Shown: in pieces, positions 34,573-42,797 of the stretch | How the letters are laid out: each line of letters begins with the position of its first letter | How positions within the stretch are numbered: position 1 is the first letter of the stretch | Source: Candidatus Gastranaerophilales bacterium | GTDB taxonomy: Bacteria > Cyanobacteriota > Vampirovibrionia > Gastranaerophilales > UBA9971 | Reading direction: 5' to 3' | Assembly: GCA_028281965.1 (NCBI GenBank) | Contig: JANQIY010000092.1 | Location: 1-54,361 of the forward strand | Length of the DNA: 54,361 nt | The notes under the pieces: generated by a model | Seen by the model: only the letters and a program-made list of their open reading frames with translations | Told to the model about the DNA's origin: nothing | The model's database searches: none | Position numbers and translations under genes: made by a program

Positions 34573-35919
34573 TTAATACCCTCTGGTTATTTTTGACGAT
34601 CTATCCAGTTTTTCGGTTATAATTTGCCCGGGGCCTTTTCCGGCCAGCTGCTCAAAAGCCCCGCTTGCGGCGTCAACCTGGTCATCATGGAACCCTTTCT
34701 GCGGAAAAACAACGCATTCCTCAATAAACTCCCTGTTCCAGATACCTCTTACCAGCTTTACATTAGAGTTTTCAACAGCCGACATAAGAGGCTTTGCGCG
34801 GGTAATCTTGCTGCCTGTGGACTTAATTCCCCTGAAGCAAAACCCCTTAAGGACATTTCTTGCGTAGTGACTTATGGTGTTCAGCCCGGAACTGCCGGGT
34901 TCCTGCTCCATAAAGACCTCAGTGTGAACCCCGTCTAATTCAGCGGTCTGCCTTATCAACTCCTCAACCCCCATAGGAGAAAGGCGTTTTCTTATGACGT
35001 CAATAATCCAGTAAACGCCTTTATATTCACAAATTTTCACCCCCGCGGTAAAGTCGGAATCCCTGCCGGCAACCTCATCCGTGCCGGCTAAATCCCAGAA
35101 CCTGACGGCCCTTGCTTTTTTAGGGTAATCCTCAACGATCTCGAATTTCTCCCGTTTAAAAAAGTTTCCGCCGGGCATTATATTCCAGTCACCGTCTTTT
35201 AACTGTTTTCTGGTAACCGGGTCAAGCTCGTCCAGGTTTTTTTCATATTCTTCCCTGTCTAAATGCGGGTTATCCCTTAGACCTGCCGGGATAAATACCC
35301 TTCCCTGTTTTTTCTCGGTGATAAACCTGTTTTTTACCCACTCATGCCCAACCCCGCCGGGGTTGGAAGTGCTTCTAAAACGCAGGGGAATGCGGGAATC
35401 AATAATTTTCCGGTTCCTGGAAAACAGGTATGTATACTGCGGTTCAGTAAACTGTGTCAGCTCGTCAAACCCCACAAAGTGAAAGGCTGAGCCCTGATAC
35501 CTGTACTTGTCGTTTTCGGAATCCAGGAACCCGAAGTTTAAGGTTGCTCCTGAAGGGAAAAGCCACTGCTTTTCCTGGTTTACCCATTTTGCCCCGGTAG
35601 GTTCAAGCCATTCATGGCTTATATCAATCAATGCCCCGGGCAGGTTTAGCTGTGAATAGTTTCTCCTGAGGATTAAAGCCCTGTAAGTCGGCTCTGCAAC
35701 AAACATTAATGCAGCCATCAACAACGCAACGGATTTCCCTCCCCCTGCAGCACCTCCATATAAGATTTCTTTTTCAAATCCCAAAAGAAATTCAAGCTGT
35801 TTATCTGTAGGAGTAAAGGGGATATAAGGGTTTTCAAGAATCGTTACCTGGTAAATCGCTTTCAATATTGCTTTGTTCAAATTTCTCAAAAACATCGGCT
35901 TTTTCTTGTATTTTCTCAA
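34573..35919 (-). CDS. terminase large subunit
   Basis: 448 aa. Walker A GGAAGGGKS, a C-terminal nuclease-type acidic motif (HDDQVDA) and the usual position after TerS. The start is uncertain, with alternatives at 35919 and 35895, because it overlaps TerS. Confidence 0.8.
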   Translation of the reverse strand: MRKYKKKPMFLRNLNKAILKAIYQVTILENPYIPFTPTDKQLEFLLGFEKEILYGGAAGGGKSVALLMAALMFVAEPTYRALILRRNYSQLNLPGALIDISHEWLEPTGAKWVNQEKQWLFPSGATLNFGFLDSENDKYRYQGSAFHFVGFDELTQFTEPQYTYLFSRNRKIIDSRIPLRFRSTSNPGGVGHEWVKNRFITEKKQGRVFIPAGLRDNPHLDREEYEKNLDELDPVTRKQLKDGDWNIMPGGNFFKREKFEIVEDYPKKARAVRFWDLAGTDEVAGRDSDFTAGVKICEYKGVYWIIDVIRKRLSPMGVEELIRQTAELDGVHTEVFMEQEPGSSGLNTISHYARNVLKGFCFRGIKSTGSKITRAKPLMSAVENSNVKLVRGIWNREFIEECVVFPQKGFHDDQVDAASGAFEQLAGKGPGQIITEKLDRSSKITRGY

Positions 35920-36280
35920 AAATATTCTCTTTTATCAGGTTATCAGGGTTGTTTTTAAAGTCTGAAAATGTCAGCTTATCGAAACCAAAGGCTTTTCCTT
36001 TAGTCTCGATTGCTTTTATCAAAGTGGCGGGGTTTCCGGACTTATAAGCCAGTTCAATAGCCTTATCCAGTTCATGGATATAAGCATTAATGGAATAGTC
36101 CTGTTTTTGCTGAAGTTCTGCCAGGTATTTTTTAAAGTAAGGGTTTTTCAGCCATCCCTCTGCCCGGGCTTTCGCCGTGGAATGGGCATAACCCGCTTTA
36201 ACCGCCGCTTCATAGGCGTCATCAGTTTGTATAAAGTATTTGCAAAATGCTTTTTGTCTTTTTGTAAGATATTTAGCCAT
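35834..36280 (-). CDS. terminase small subunit (Terminase_2-like)
   Basis: 148 aa. LTKRQKAFCKYFIQTDDAYEAAVKAGYAHSTAKARAEGWLKNPYFKKYL matches the small-terminase HTH pattern. Confidence 0.7.
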   Translation of the reverse strand: MAKYLTKRQKAFCKYFIQTDDAYEAAVKAGYAHSTAKARAEGWLKNPYFKKYLAELQQKQDYSINAYIHELDKAIELAYKSGNPATLIKAIETKGKAFGFDKLTFSDFKNNPDNLIKENIFEKIQEKADVFEKFEQSNIESDLPGNDS

Positions 36281-36515
36281 AGATTATCTTTCAGGTTAGA
36301 GTAAGTTTTTATATATGAAAATCAATCGGCAATAAATTTTTACCAATTTGTTTTTAGTTTTGTAAACATTTTTATATTTATGAATTTATTTTGTGCTTTC
36401 AGGGATGTTTAATTGAATAAGCGTTTTATAAATTCAAAATGCATTCGGAAAATCCTGATAACCCTTTTCCAGCATAGCTGATGCGAAATATTAATTAAAA
36501 AACGGAGAAAAAACA

Positions 36516-36725
36516 ATGGTACCAAGAACTTTGCATACAAGAGACTATATAAAGGCATTAACTGAAAATAAAGGATTAACAGGCCGGTTAAAAGCAAAAA
36601 CTCTTGATGCTTCTGCAAAAGAAAAACCTTTTTCGGGTGCATTAGCTCGAAACTTGGGTCTTCAAGAAAAAAGAAAATTTGGCAGCACTATCCACGGCAA
36701 ACTACTTTCCTGTGACTTGTACTAA
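36516..36725 (+). CDS. hypothetical basic small protein
   Basis: 69 aa with GGAG 8 nt before the ATG. It is preferred over the overlapping minus ORF 36409..36642, which looks like low-complexity junk. Confidence 0.4.
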   Translation: MVPRTLHTRDYIKALTENKGLTGRLKAKTLDASAKEKPFSGALARNLGLQEKRKFGSTIHGKLLSCDLY

Positions 36726-36755
36726 TGATAGAAAATTAAAAAAAAGGGGTAAAAA

Positions 36756-37148
36756 ATGCAATTACATAACATTTCGTTTGGACAACAATTAACCATTAAG
36801 ACTATCGATATAGATGGTAAGAAATTTGAAGATTCTATTGAAATCAATACAGGTTTATATCCGCAAACTGGAGACCCAACAAGATTTAGTGTTTTACCCT
36901 ATGAAGATGGCTATTTCGAAATTGAAATTCATAATGAAGGAGATGAAATAGTTGATGAAGAAGATAGGATAAAAAACCGTATTGGTGGGGTTCCTTTAGG
37001 ACAATTAAGAAGAGCCTGGAGTGGTTTATTTGATATGATGCAAAATGGCGAAGACACCACGATACGTGTAAATCGACAAAGAGAAACCGTAGCGGTAATT
37101 CACGCCCAAACGTCACAAAGAAAAGGCAATCTTGATTCCCTTGCTTAA
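36756..37148 (+). CDS. hypothetical protein
   Basis: 130 aa with an AAGGGG RBS. It is followed by a 12-bp stem hairpin tctaattaaccc-gtcatt-ggggttaattaga. No motif recognised. Confidence 0.5.
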   Translation: MQLHNISFGQQLTIKTIDIDGKKFEDSIEINTGLYPQTGDPTRFSVLPYEDGYFEIEIHNEGDEIVDEEDRIKNRIGGVPLGQLRRAWSGLFDMMQNGEDTTIRVNRQRETVAVIHAQTSQRKGNLDSLA

Positions 37149-37381
37149 ATCTAATTAACCCGTCATTGGGGTTAATTAGACAAATCCTCCCTTGTCAAGC
37201 AGGCAAAGGTAGGTGTCATTCCTGGTATAAGATACGTTATGAGTCATAACGATTTTATTTACGGATTGGATAATATTCTTTAAAAACAAAAATTTTGTAA
37301 TAAAATTGTAAAATTTTTGTCAAATTTTATTTTTAGGCTTTTTATTAATAATAAGATAACAAAATTATCAAAGGTTTAAAG

Positions 37382-38179
37382 ATGATTAATAACAGTATAA
37401 ATTTAAATTATTACAGTACAGGCGCAGTTAGAAAGCCTTTCTTTGGAATTCAAGAGGTACATGATCATAACTTTTACGTGCCTGTTGGAGAAGGCAGTCA
37501 TACAAACATAAAAAGAATTTTTGGACACGAACAAGATGATGAAAAAGTTAAAAGCGTATTAATAGAAGGAGTTGATTTTTTAAATGATCAATATAAAAAA
37601 GAGGGAATTAGCAACGACAAAAGGAAAGAGAAAATTTCTACAATCAGGGCAAATGCCGAAAGCTTAAGAGGATCGTGGACAGATATTTATAAACTGGAAG
37701 AAGCGTTGAAAATAGATTCCCCAAACACAATTTATGCTGATAACCAGGCTCAAAAAATCAGCGAAGATAGTATTGAAAACCAGGAAAAAGTTCTTATTAA
37801 AGGGAACCTGCTTATTCTTATATTTGACCTGGCAGATGATTTTACTAAAAAGAAATTATTCGAAATACTGTCTATCTCGGATGAAGCTTTTGATAATACG
37901 TTAAACAGTATAGTTGATAAAATGGAACAGGTAGATTTTGACAGTTATGTTTATAATTTAAAAAAGAATAAACAGCATATAACACTTGAAGAGCTTCAGA
38001 AAATTGCAGGCCAAGAGGTGGAAGATGGGAAAAGGATTAATTTAAGTGAGTTAACCGAGATAGTCGTCCGGGAAAGCAATCTACATAAATATAATCGTAG
38101 GTCAACCGATAAATCAATCGAAGGCGAAAGTGTATTTGTTGACCCATATATGTTTCTAGGTGGGAAACGGATTCAGTAA
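37382..38179 (+). CDS. hypothetical protein
   Basis: 265 aa, acidic and helical, with no motif recognised. It converges on the XRE gene at 38221..38439. Confidence 0.5.
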   Translation: MINNSINLNYYSTGAVRKPFFGIQEVHDHNFYVPVGEGSHTNIKRIFGHEQDDEKVKSVLIEGVDFLNDQYKKEGISNDKRKEKISTIRANAESLRGSWTDIYKLEEALKIDSPNTIYADNQAQKISEDSIENQEKVLIKGNLLILIFDLADDFTKKKLFEILSISDEAFDNTLNSIVDKMEQVDFDSYVYNLKKNKQHITLEELQKIAGQEVEDGKRINLSELTEIVVRESNLHKYNRRSTDKSIEGESVFVDPYMFLGGKRIQ

Positions 38180-38220
38180 ACTTTAAATAACTCGAATCTC
38201 TAAATTCCTTAAAACAATTT

Positions 38221-38439
38221 CTAATAATCAAAATCAAACAATTGTTGAATTTTGATGTTTAAGGCGTTAGATAACTTTAACATCGTATCTAAACTGGGTT
38301 TTCCTACTGCCCTTTCAATTTTCCCCACAAATTTTGGATGAATGTCCGCCAATTCAGATAAATCGTTCTGGGTCAAACCTTTTTCGACCCGTAATTTCTT
38401 TATATGCTTCCCCAGTTCTCTATAAAAATTTTCAAACAT
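38221..38439 (-). CDS. XRE-family HTH regulator (Cro/early-region-like)
   Basis: 72 aa. KGLTQNDLSELADIHPKFVGKIERAVGKPSLDTMLKLSNAL. Confidence 0.7.
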   Translation of the reverse strand: MFENFYRELGKHIKKLRVEKGLTQNDLSELADIHPKFVGKIERAVGKPSLDTMLKLSNALNIKIQQLFDFDY

Positions 38440-38512
38440 AAATTAAATATTAATGTTATATTAATTTTGTTAAACACCCAGGCTGGGTCTCTTTAAGTTA
38501 TAGGAGAACAAA

Positions 38513-38662
38513 AATGGAAAAGAATAAAATTAGCCGGGAAGAAGTATATTCAGGACTAATAACCGACGCAAGACTGATAATTGACGAGCTTGAACATATA
38601 CTTGAACAAGTCTTAAAGGAAAACACCGAACTTAAAACCCGATCCGGAAATAAAGATCAATA
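38513..38662 (+). CDS. unannotated small ORF (49 aa)
   Basis: ATG preceded by AGGAG (38501-38505). Product MEKNKISREEVYSGLITDARLIIDELEHILEQVLKENTELKTRSGNKDQ. It is below the track cut-off. Confidence 0.4.
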
Positions 38663-38937
38663 AATTAAAATTTAATTAACTCATTCTGGTATAAAAGAAT
38701 TGAAGCAATAAAAATGACAGGAATTGAAATTTTACAATTTGGAATAGCTAGCGGTTTTTTTATTTTAATATTAATTGCCGCTGTAAAAATGACTAAAAAG
38801 CCTGTTCACAAAGAAAACCATAAATAATTATTTTGGATGACGTTTATTATGTTAATTTTAAACGTTTTTTGAATTTTACACACAATACTGCGTCCCAAAA
38901 AAATAAACCCCGCATAAGCCAGATTTTGTGAGCTTTG

Positions 38938-39036
38938 TTAATGTTTTAAATCTGCATCTTTAGGCATTGAGATGAAAGAAATATAAGCAATGCCGCCAAA
39001 AACAATAATAGCTGTTAATATAGCAAGATATTCCAT
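38938..39036 (-). CDS. unannotated single-TM peptide (32 aa)
   Basis: MEYLAILTAIIVFGGIAYISFISMPKDADLKH. AAAGGAA RBS. It starts 4 nt after the stop of 39041..39301. Confidence 0.35.
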   Translation of the reverse strand: MEYLAILTAIIVFGGIAYISFISMPKDADLKH

Positions 39037-39040
39037 AAAG

Positions 39041-39301
39041 TTATTCCTTTTTCTCCAAATTTTTTAATTCTTTTAATATTGTATCAATCTTTTTATTAAA
39101 GGAATAGATTATTAATATTAGTATAATAATTAAAGCAAATCCGCTAAAAATAAAAACAGTTTCAACAATACCCGGTTCTATTCGACAAGCGCTTAAAAAT
39201 AAACCAACTGTAGCACCAGATGAAAGCAAAAAAGCATTCCATACTCCCATTCTGTATGTTCTGAGGGTATTTAACATTTCAATTAAGTATTTATCGTTCA
39301 T
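39041..39301 (-). CDS. small two-TM membrane protein
   Basis: 86 aa with two hydrophobic helices and a charged C-terminus. Confidence 0.45.
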   Translation of the reverse strand: MNDKYLIEMLNTLRTYRMGVWNAFLLSSGATVGLFLSACRIEPGIVETVFIFSGFALIIILILIIYSFNKKIDTILKELKNLEKKE

Positions 39302-39514
39302 AAGCTGTTTATAAGTTTATCTATACTGCTTATAAGAGAGCTTAGCATAACTTGAACGAAAAAATAACCGATAATATTTATTATGTAACACGGGTCGTTT
39401 TTAGTAATTTGTGTGCTTCTATATACCCCCGGAAAATAAAGCGGGCTTAAAATTGATTCTGTGAGCTCTATATTGATTAAAATTTTGCTTTTTATGAAAT
39501 TCGAAAAAACCTGA

Positions 39515-39544
39515 TCAGAAATATAATTTCTGAAAATCAGAAAT
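39515..39544. promoter_or_regulatory. candidate operator (TCAGAAAT half-sites)
   Basis: Perfect palindrome tcagaaat-ata-atttctga (39515-39533) plus a third tcagaaat (39537-39544). Confidence 0.3.
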
Positions 39545-39567
39545 TATTATATGCAAAAATCTTAAGT

Positions 39568-39598
39568 AAAAAATAAAAACAGGGGCAAATGCCCCTGT
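39568..39598 (-). terminator. intrinsic terminator
   Basis: The minus strand reads acaggggc-attt-gcccctgt followed by tttttatttttt. It lies 38 nt after the stop of 39636..40016. Confidence 0.7.
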
Positions 39599-39635
39599 AA
39601 AAAGGAAGTCAGTGTGATTAATAAAGAATCTAAAG

Positions 39636-40016
39636 CTATACAGCTATTAAATCTAAATCTTCTCTGCTGATAAGTCTGTTTGTAGCTAGTTCTCGCACTT
39701 CCTGGCGGATTTTGTTCCTCTTTAAATCCCAGAAAGTATTACAGTAATGGAACCCTTTCGCAGTATTTTTCCTATACTGCCGATGTTTTTTAGCCTCAAC
39801 AAGCCTGTGTTGATTTTCCTCAAGAAAATTTACAGCCCGTTTTCCTCGCAGGATTTGTTTTTCAATCCGGCCCAAAACACTGATTTTTTCCATTTCAAGT
39901 AAAAGAACCTTGCAACTGGAATTGCTACAATACCCTACTTTTAAAACATGTAAACCTTCTTCATCCGTAAACATAAACCTTTTCGGCCTAACCAGTCTTC
40001 CGCAACATTTAAGCAC
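39636..40016 (-). CDS. hypothetical protein (GTG start)
   Basis: 126 aa. The GTG at 40016 lies 7 nt after AAGGGGG. The protein is Cys-containing and basic, with no motif recognised. Confidence 0.5.
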   Translation of the reverse strand: MLKCCGRLVRPKRFMFTDEEGLHVLKVGYCSNSSCKVLLLEMEKISVLGRIEKQILRGKRAVNFLEENQHRLVEAKKHRQYRKNTAKGFHYCNTFWDLKRNKIRQEVRELATNRLISREDLDLIAV

Positions 40017-40319
40017 TCAAAAACCCCCTTGTCGATCTCTTCTCAGGATATATACATACTCACGGCAAACACCGAACACCATTTAAGCCGTTTTTCTATG
40101 ACATACATCCTGCCGGTCCAAGAATCCGCCAAGCCATTCCGCTAAGCACCAGGACAAGCATATCACCCGTGAAACAACTTTGGAACTTAACCATTTTAAT
40201 AAAATACCAGCTGTAGTAATTATTTCGTTGTTTTATTAATCCCTGAGCGAAAACAGCAGATTAATTCCAGTGATATTTTGATTTTAGCAAAAGTTTATAT
40301 GCTCATTTGTAAACTTAGA

Positions 40320-40574
40320 TTAAGTATCCCTACGGAATATAGAAGATTTTATTAACTTTATATCAGACAGCCTGTAAAGCTCATCTAAAAATTTATGTTT
40401 ATCTTTTATAAGGATTTCAACACTATCATATATATGTATTTTCTCCGTTAACTGCTTTAAAGTGTTGTAAGCACTTATCCAGCGTTTAAAATAAACATTA
40501 AACCTGTTGATTTTACTTTCATCCTCTACCAGCTCAGAAATAAAATCTTCTAAAAAAATTTCTTTTTTGTTCAT
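40320..40574 (-). CDS. hypothetical early-region protein
   Basis: 84 aa. It is the first minus-strand gene leaving the divergent switch region opposite the CI-like gene. Confidence 0.45.
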   Translation of the reverse strand: MNKKEIFLEDFISELVEDESKINRFNVYFKRWISAYNTLKQLTEKIHIYDSVEILIKDKHKFLDELYRLSDIKLIKSSIFRRDT

Positions 40575-40719
40575 ATAACAACCCCTTTTTACATAAACAC
40601 CCTTAATACACTAGGTTTTTATCCAGCTATAAATTTTTTATATTTCGTTTTTATAGTTTAATAAAATTTTCTAAAACATTTTAAGGTTTATTCTTATGTC
40701 TAACCCTAAAGTATAAAGT

Positions 40720-40752
40720 TATCAAAAAGTAATCCTGGTATACTTTTTGATA
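40720..40752. promoter_or_regulatory. 12-bp inverted repeat in the divergent switch region
   Basis: tatcaaaaagta (40720-40731) / tactttttgata (40741-40752) with a 9-nt spacer. Confidence 0.35.
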
Positions 40753-41029
40753 GTAAAAAACAATGCACCGAAAAAATATTTATTTTTATAACGTTTAATT
40801 ATTTACTAAACTTAATTTTTTGAAATAAACGCAAATATATAAATTGCTATTTTTTTATATTAATAAGCACCTGATCTTATTTTACATTTTATTCATCATA
40901 ATTTACATGAAAATAGTATTCAAATTTGCATATCTTGTGCTATATTTATAAAACATATAAACTACATTGTAAAGAATTTTATCTATAAAGTCAAGGAGTT
41001 TTTCCTTAGTTAAGAAAATTTTTAATATT

Positions 41030-41440
41030 ATGAAAACATCAGAAAGATTAAAATATATTAGACAACAAACAGGATTAAGCCAGGAAAGGTTTGCTGACCT
41101 GCTTAAAGAAAAATTGAGCAGGATTAATAGCATTGAAGCCGGTAAACAAGCAAAATTTCCGTATGATTTAGCGGAAAAAATCCTTAAAACTTTTCCGGAG
41201 CAATACTATAACTTTAAGTGGCTGACCACCGGGGAAGGAGAGCCTTTTATCAAGAATATTCCGCGTAAATTAATACAAAAAGCCGAAAAAATTGCTGAAA
41301 AGCTTTTAAGTAAAGTAACGGATGCAGAATTTGAACTTTTAATGAAATGTTTAAAAGAAAACAAAGAATTAACAATAATGTTCCTAAAAAAACTCCAAAA
41401 TGATGAAAGATCAATTAAAAGTTTTTTATTGGATAATTAA
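41030..41440 (+). CDS. CI-like phage repressor (HTH)
   Basis: 136 aa. RLKYIRQQTGLSQERFADLL...INSIEAGK...WLTTGEGEPF matches the CI-repressor HTH family signature WLxTGEG. Confidence 0.7.
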   Translation: MKTSERLKYIRQQTGLSQERFADLLKEKLSRINSIEAGKQAKFPYDLAEKILKTFPEQYYNFKWLTTGEGEPFIKNIPRKLIQKAEKIAEKLLSKVTDAEFELLMKCLKENKELTIMFLKKLQNDERSIKSFLLDN

Positions 41441-41667
41441 CTCGAATCTCTAATTGCATACATGCAATATTTGCCAAAACCCAACCATGAATGAGCTACT
41501 GCGTTAGCTCCCGCTGCCGCGCACAGCCACCCTAAAGGTGAAAAAGAGGCTACGCCGCGAAATGCGGACAGCGCCGCCTGCTTCGCGCCTCTTTTCGATT
41601 CTCTATAATTTTTTGGCAAATGTTGCATATTCATATCCTGGCTTTTGGCTAATTCGCAACTCAAGTT
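41439..41667. repeat. dispersed nested-palindrome element (long form)
   Basis: It is collinear with 12908..13066 and has the same orientation, but carries two internal insertions, including the aatgcggacagcgccgcctgcttcgc block. It overlaps the CI-like stop codon. The track ORF 41437..41676 is its translation. Confidence 0.85.
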
Positions 41668-41682
41668 TTTAAGCATTCAGGG

Positions 41683-42480
41683 TTAATCATTTGGCAGGAC
41701 AAATCCATATTCTTTTAGTATTTTTTGCCCGCTTTCTCCTGAGAGAAATTCCACGAATTTTTGCGCGATTTGTTTTTTGGCGGAATTCTGCAAAACCGCA
41801 ACAGGATACTCTGCAGTCACGTTGAACTTCTCATCAATTTGCACAGGCCTGATTTTATCGGAATTTTCGTTTGTTATGTCTGTTGCGTAGACTATGCCTG
41901 CATCAACCTCGCCAAGTTCAATTTTTGCAACGACGCTTTTTACGTTTAGCTCTTTGCTTATGATATTTTTAAGGAATTTTTCCTTAAAATCAGCGGGAAA
42001 ATCCTGTGATTCCCGGATTTTACCAAGCACGGCAAGCGTATACCTGCCGGCAGGGACGGCTTCATCTGCTATGGAAATTTTTACCCCGGGCTTTGCAAGG
42101 TCTTTTAATTCGCCAACACCCGTTAATTCCCTGTTAATCACCGCAGTAAGCCTGTTTTTAGCTATTATTACAGGACTTTTAGCAAGGTTTTGCCCTACTA
42201 AAATGTTCATATACTTTTGATTTGCGCTGGCAAAAACATCAGCATATATCCCCTGCCGTATTTGTTGTGCCAGCTTTTGGCTTCCTGCAAAGTTAAGCTC
42301 GACTTCAATTTCCGGATATTTTTCCTCAAATTGTTTTTTCGCCGCGGTAAAAACCTGTGTCATGCTTGATGCGGCCATTACCCTTATACTTGTTGCGGTT
42401 TTCTTTTGCCCGCATCCTGAAAGGGTAATGACAGATATAACCACAACAATTAAAGTTATGTAATCAGCAATTTTTTTCAT
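41683..42480 (-). CDS. modA: molybdate ABC transporter substrate-binding lipoprotein
   Basis: 265 aa. Lipobox LSGC, with IRVMAASSMTQ..., FASAN and AEYPVAV blocks typical of ModA. It overlaps the ferredoxin gene by 4 nt. Confidence 0.8.
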   Translation of the reverse strand: MKKIADYITLIVVVISVITLSGCGQKKTATSIRVMAASSMTQVFTAAKKQFEEKYPEIEVELNFAGSQKLAQQIRQGIYADVFASANQKYMNILVGQNLAKSPVIIAKNRLTAVINRELTGVGELKDLAKPGVKISIADEAVPAGRYTLAVLGKIRESQDFPADFKEKFLKNIISKELNVKSVVAKIELGEVDAGIVYATDITNENSDKIRPVQIDEKFNVTAEYPVAVLQNSAKKQIAQKFVEFLSGESGQKILKEYGFVLPND

Positions 42481-42779
42481 GGTATTAATAATCTTTCTAC
42501 TGTTGAATTTTCTTCCAATGCGTCCATAATTTCCTCAACGTCATCAGGGGTAACACTGCCATACCAGGTCCCCTGGGGATAAATAACCACAACCGGGCCT
42601 TTATCGCATATCCCGAAACAGCCGGTGTTATTTACCATTGCAGAAATTCCCCTGTCCTGGATTTCTTCCAGGAAATTTGCGGCAATCCCCGCCGCGTCCT
42701 TGGATATGCAAAACCCTTTCTGCTGGCCGTTTATACGGGAACTTGAACATACAAAAATATGACAATCAGGTTTTTTCAT
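42477..42779 (-). CDS. thioredoxin-fold [2Fe-2S] ferredoxin
   Basis: 100 aa. The Cys11/Cys24/Cys54/Cys58 spacing closely mirrors the clostridial 2Fe ferredoxin ligand pattern (11/24/56/60 as I recall). Confidence 0.7.
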   Translation of the reverse strand: MKKPDCHIFVCSSSRINGQQKGFCISKDAAGIAANFLEEIQDRGISAMVNNTGCFGICDKGPVVVIYPQGTWYGSVTPDDVEEIMDALEENSTVERLLIP

Positions 42780-42797
42780 AAAATTCCTCCTTGTTAA

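Noticed and set aside
35834-35919. 86-nt overlap between the small and large terminase ORFs, considered as a possible frameshift or fusion signal.
   Set aside because: There is no slippery sequence in the overlap. The simpler explanation is an uncertain TerL start, for example ATG 35895 or a downstream non-ATG start.
36409-36642. 77-aa minus-strand ORF overlapping 36516..36725 (+).
   Set aside because: It is a hydrophobic, low-complexity translation with no RBS. The plus-strand ORF has GGAG correctly spaced and is co-oriented with the following two genes. Neither ORF is strongly supported.
40903-41133. 76-aa minus-strand ORF across the CI-like gene start.
   Set aside because: It spans the AT-rich divergent promoter region and overlaps the start of the well-supported CI-like CDS. 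Its sequence is low-complexity and there is no RBS.
41437-41676. 79-aa minus-strand ORF (MLKNLSCELAKSQDMNMQHLPKNYRESKRG...).
   Set aside because: It lies entirely within a copy of the dispersed palindromic repeat. The same pseudo-peptide appears wherever the repeat occurs (for example the N-terminus of track ORF 12239..13033), and there is no RBS.
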